DNA of 36,643 bases, from NCBI GenBank assembly GCA_943359595.1, contig CALRIA010000005.1, positions 1 through 36,643 of the forward strand. Direction: 5' to 3'. Positions 35,312 through 36,643 of this stretch are shown here, piece after piece. Each line of letters opens with the position of its first letter. Within the stretch, counting starts at the first letter, position 1. The position numbers and the translations under genes are program-made. Source of the DNA: Candidatus Magasanikiibacteriota bacterium (GTDB lineage: Bacteria; Patescibacteriota; Patescibacteriia; Magasanikbacterales; GWA2-37-8). The notes below the pieces were generated by a model that was not told the DNA's origin, did no database searches, and worked only from the letters and a program-made list of their open reading frames with translations.

Positions 35312-36643
35312 ATGCCAAAATATATACCCATCATTGGACTAGAGATCCACGTCGAACTAAAAACTAACAGCAAAATGTTTTGTGCTTGCTCCAACAATCC
35401 GGATCGCGATGCCCCAAACAACAATATTTGTGAAATCTGTCTCGCTCACCCCGGCACTCTTCCAGTACCAAACAAAATTGCTATAGAGTGGGCTACTAAA
35501 ATTGCCAAGGCTTTGGGTTGTAAAATAAATGAATATTCCAAATTTGATCGCAAACATTATTTTTATCCTGATCTGCCAAAAGCCTATCAAATTTCTCAAT
35601 ACGACTTACCTATTGGCGAACACGGAGTCGTTGAATTAGAATTTTTACCGGGGAAAAATCATCGTGAAATGACCAAAATTGGTATTACTCGTGTTCACCT
35701 AGAAGAAGACACCGCCAAACTTACTCATGGTAACGATGGCAACACACTAGTAGATTTCAATCGTGCTGGCGTGCCATTAGTAGAGATAGTTTCTGAACCA
35801 GATATCCAAAGCAGTGCCGAAGCAAAAGCTTATTGCCAAGAATTACAAACCATTTTACGCTATCTAGATGTTAGTGACGCCGACATGGAAAAAGGCCATA
35901 TGCGTTGTGAAGCAAATATCTCAATTCAAGAGGAAGGAAAATTTGAAATTAACAATGGTGTAGTAAAACCAATTGGAAATTATTTACTCAACCATAAAAT
36001 TGAAGTAAAAAATATCAATTCTTTTAAAGCCATGGAAAAAGCAATTGAATTTGAAATAAAACGCCAAACCACTTTACTTGAAAAAAATGAGACTTGGGGA
36101 CCGGAAACTCGAGGACTTGACGATAATAAAGATGAAACTATTTTACAACGAGTCAAAGAATCTGCCGCTGACTATCGCTATTTCCCAGAACCAGATATCC
36201 CTCCTTTTCATCCTCTACAGATCTCTGGTGAGCTAAATTTGCCAGAATTACCAGCTACTCGCCGTCATCGTTTTCATCATGAGTACGGATTTTCTTATGC
36301 CGATGCTCATATTTTAACAACTGATAAATATTGGGCTGAATTTGCCGAAAATGTTTTTAGTGAGTTACAGAATTGGTTAAAAGATTTAGATAGTAAAACA
36401 GAAGGTGCCACTTCAAACCAGCTAGCCAGGCTCACTGGTGGTTGGCTCACCTCAAAGTTAGCTGGAGCCATAGCTGAAAGAAAAATTGATATCAGAATTT
36501 TAAAAATTAAACCAGAAAATTTTGCTGAATTAATCGCTTTAATTTTTACCAATCGTTTAAATTCTACCAATGCCCAAAAAGTTTTAAATGAAATGCTTGA
36601 TTCAGGTGTTGATATGGATCCGACTCATATTATGGAAGAAAAA
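35312..36643 (+). CDS. gatB: Asp-tRNA(Asn)/Glu-tRNA(Gln) amidotransferase subunit B (partial; runs off window end)
   Basis: Not in ORF track. Manual translation from ATG 35312: MPKYIPIIGLEIHVELKTNSKMFC...HPGTLP...FDRKHYFYPDLPKAYQISQY...DFNRAGVPLVEIVSEPD...DYRYFPEPD. Confidence 0.97.
   Translation, partial: MPKYIPIIGLEIHVELKTNSKMFCACSNNPDRDAPNNNICEICLAHPGTLPVPNKIAIEWATKIAKALGCKINEYSKFDRKHYFYPDLPKAYQISQYDLPIGEHGVVELEFLPGKNHREMTKIGITRVHLEEDTAKLTHGNDGNTLVDFNRAGVPLVEIVSEPDIQSSAEAKAYCQELQTILRYLDVSDADMEKGHMRCEANISIQEEGKFEINNGVVKPIGNYLLNHKIEVKNINSFKAMEKAIEFEIKRQTTLLEKNETWGPETRGLDDNKDETILQRVKESAADYRYFPEPDIPPFHPLQISGELNLPELPATRRHRFHHEYGFSYADAHILTTDKYWAEFAENVFSELQNWLKDLDSKTEGATSNQLARLTGGWLTSKLAGAIAERKIDIRILKIKPENFAELIALIFTNRLNSTNAQKVLNEMLDSGVDMDPTHIMEEK

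Noticed and set aside
35357-36570. Minus-strand 80-aa and 87-aa ORFs
   Set aside because: Antisense to gatB, which the ORF track omitted because it runs off the window.

Overview
AT-rich bacterial chromosome segment whose content fits a Patescibacteria/CPR (Parcubacteria-like) genome: no rpmD between rpsE and rplO, mostly SD-less AT-rich starts and a stand-alone rplA. This assignment is an inference. 1-10.6 kb (minus strand): tuf, rpsJ and the S10-spc ribosomal protein cluster from rplC to a partial rplO. rpmC (L29) is missing from its usual slot, L23 has a long N-terminal extension, and rplC has its own promoter and a structured leader. 10.8-15.5 kb (minus): accessory region downstream of tRNA-Arg(GCG). 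It holds several GC-richer ORFan units with their own promoters and SD sites, two methyltransferase-like genes, a zincin-like peptidase, and a twice-repeated, covarying ~104-nt structured 3' RNA element. 15.5-16.2 kb: tRNA-Val(CAC), a membrane protein gene and tRNA-Arg(GCG). 16.3-36.6 kb (plus): LCP protein, der, pth, dprA, topA and rplA with a 23S-mimic leader. Next come a C-domain-less pyruvate kinase-like gene and two paralogous ATP-grasp-like/phospho-His swivel proteins. These are followed by a dTTP operon (dCMP deaminase, P-loop kinase, dut, a GHKL/HExxH protein, thyA, folA, tmk), a membrane protein and a partial gatB. The best candidates for new biology are the repeated 3' RNA element with its variable small ORFs, the possible split PEP-dependent dikinase module, the GHKL-peptidase inside the dTTP operon, and the remodelled ribosome exit site.
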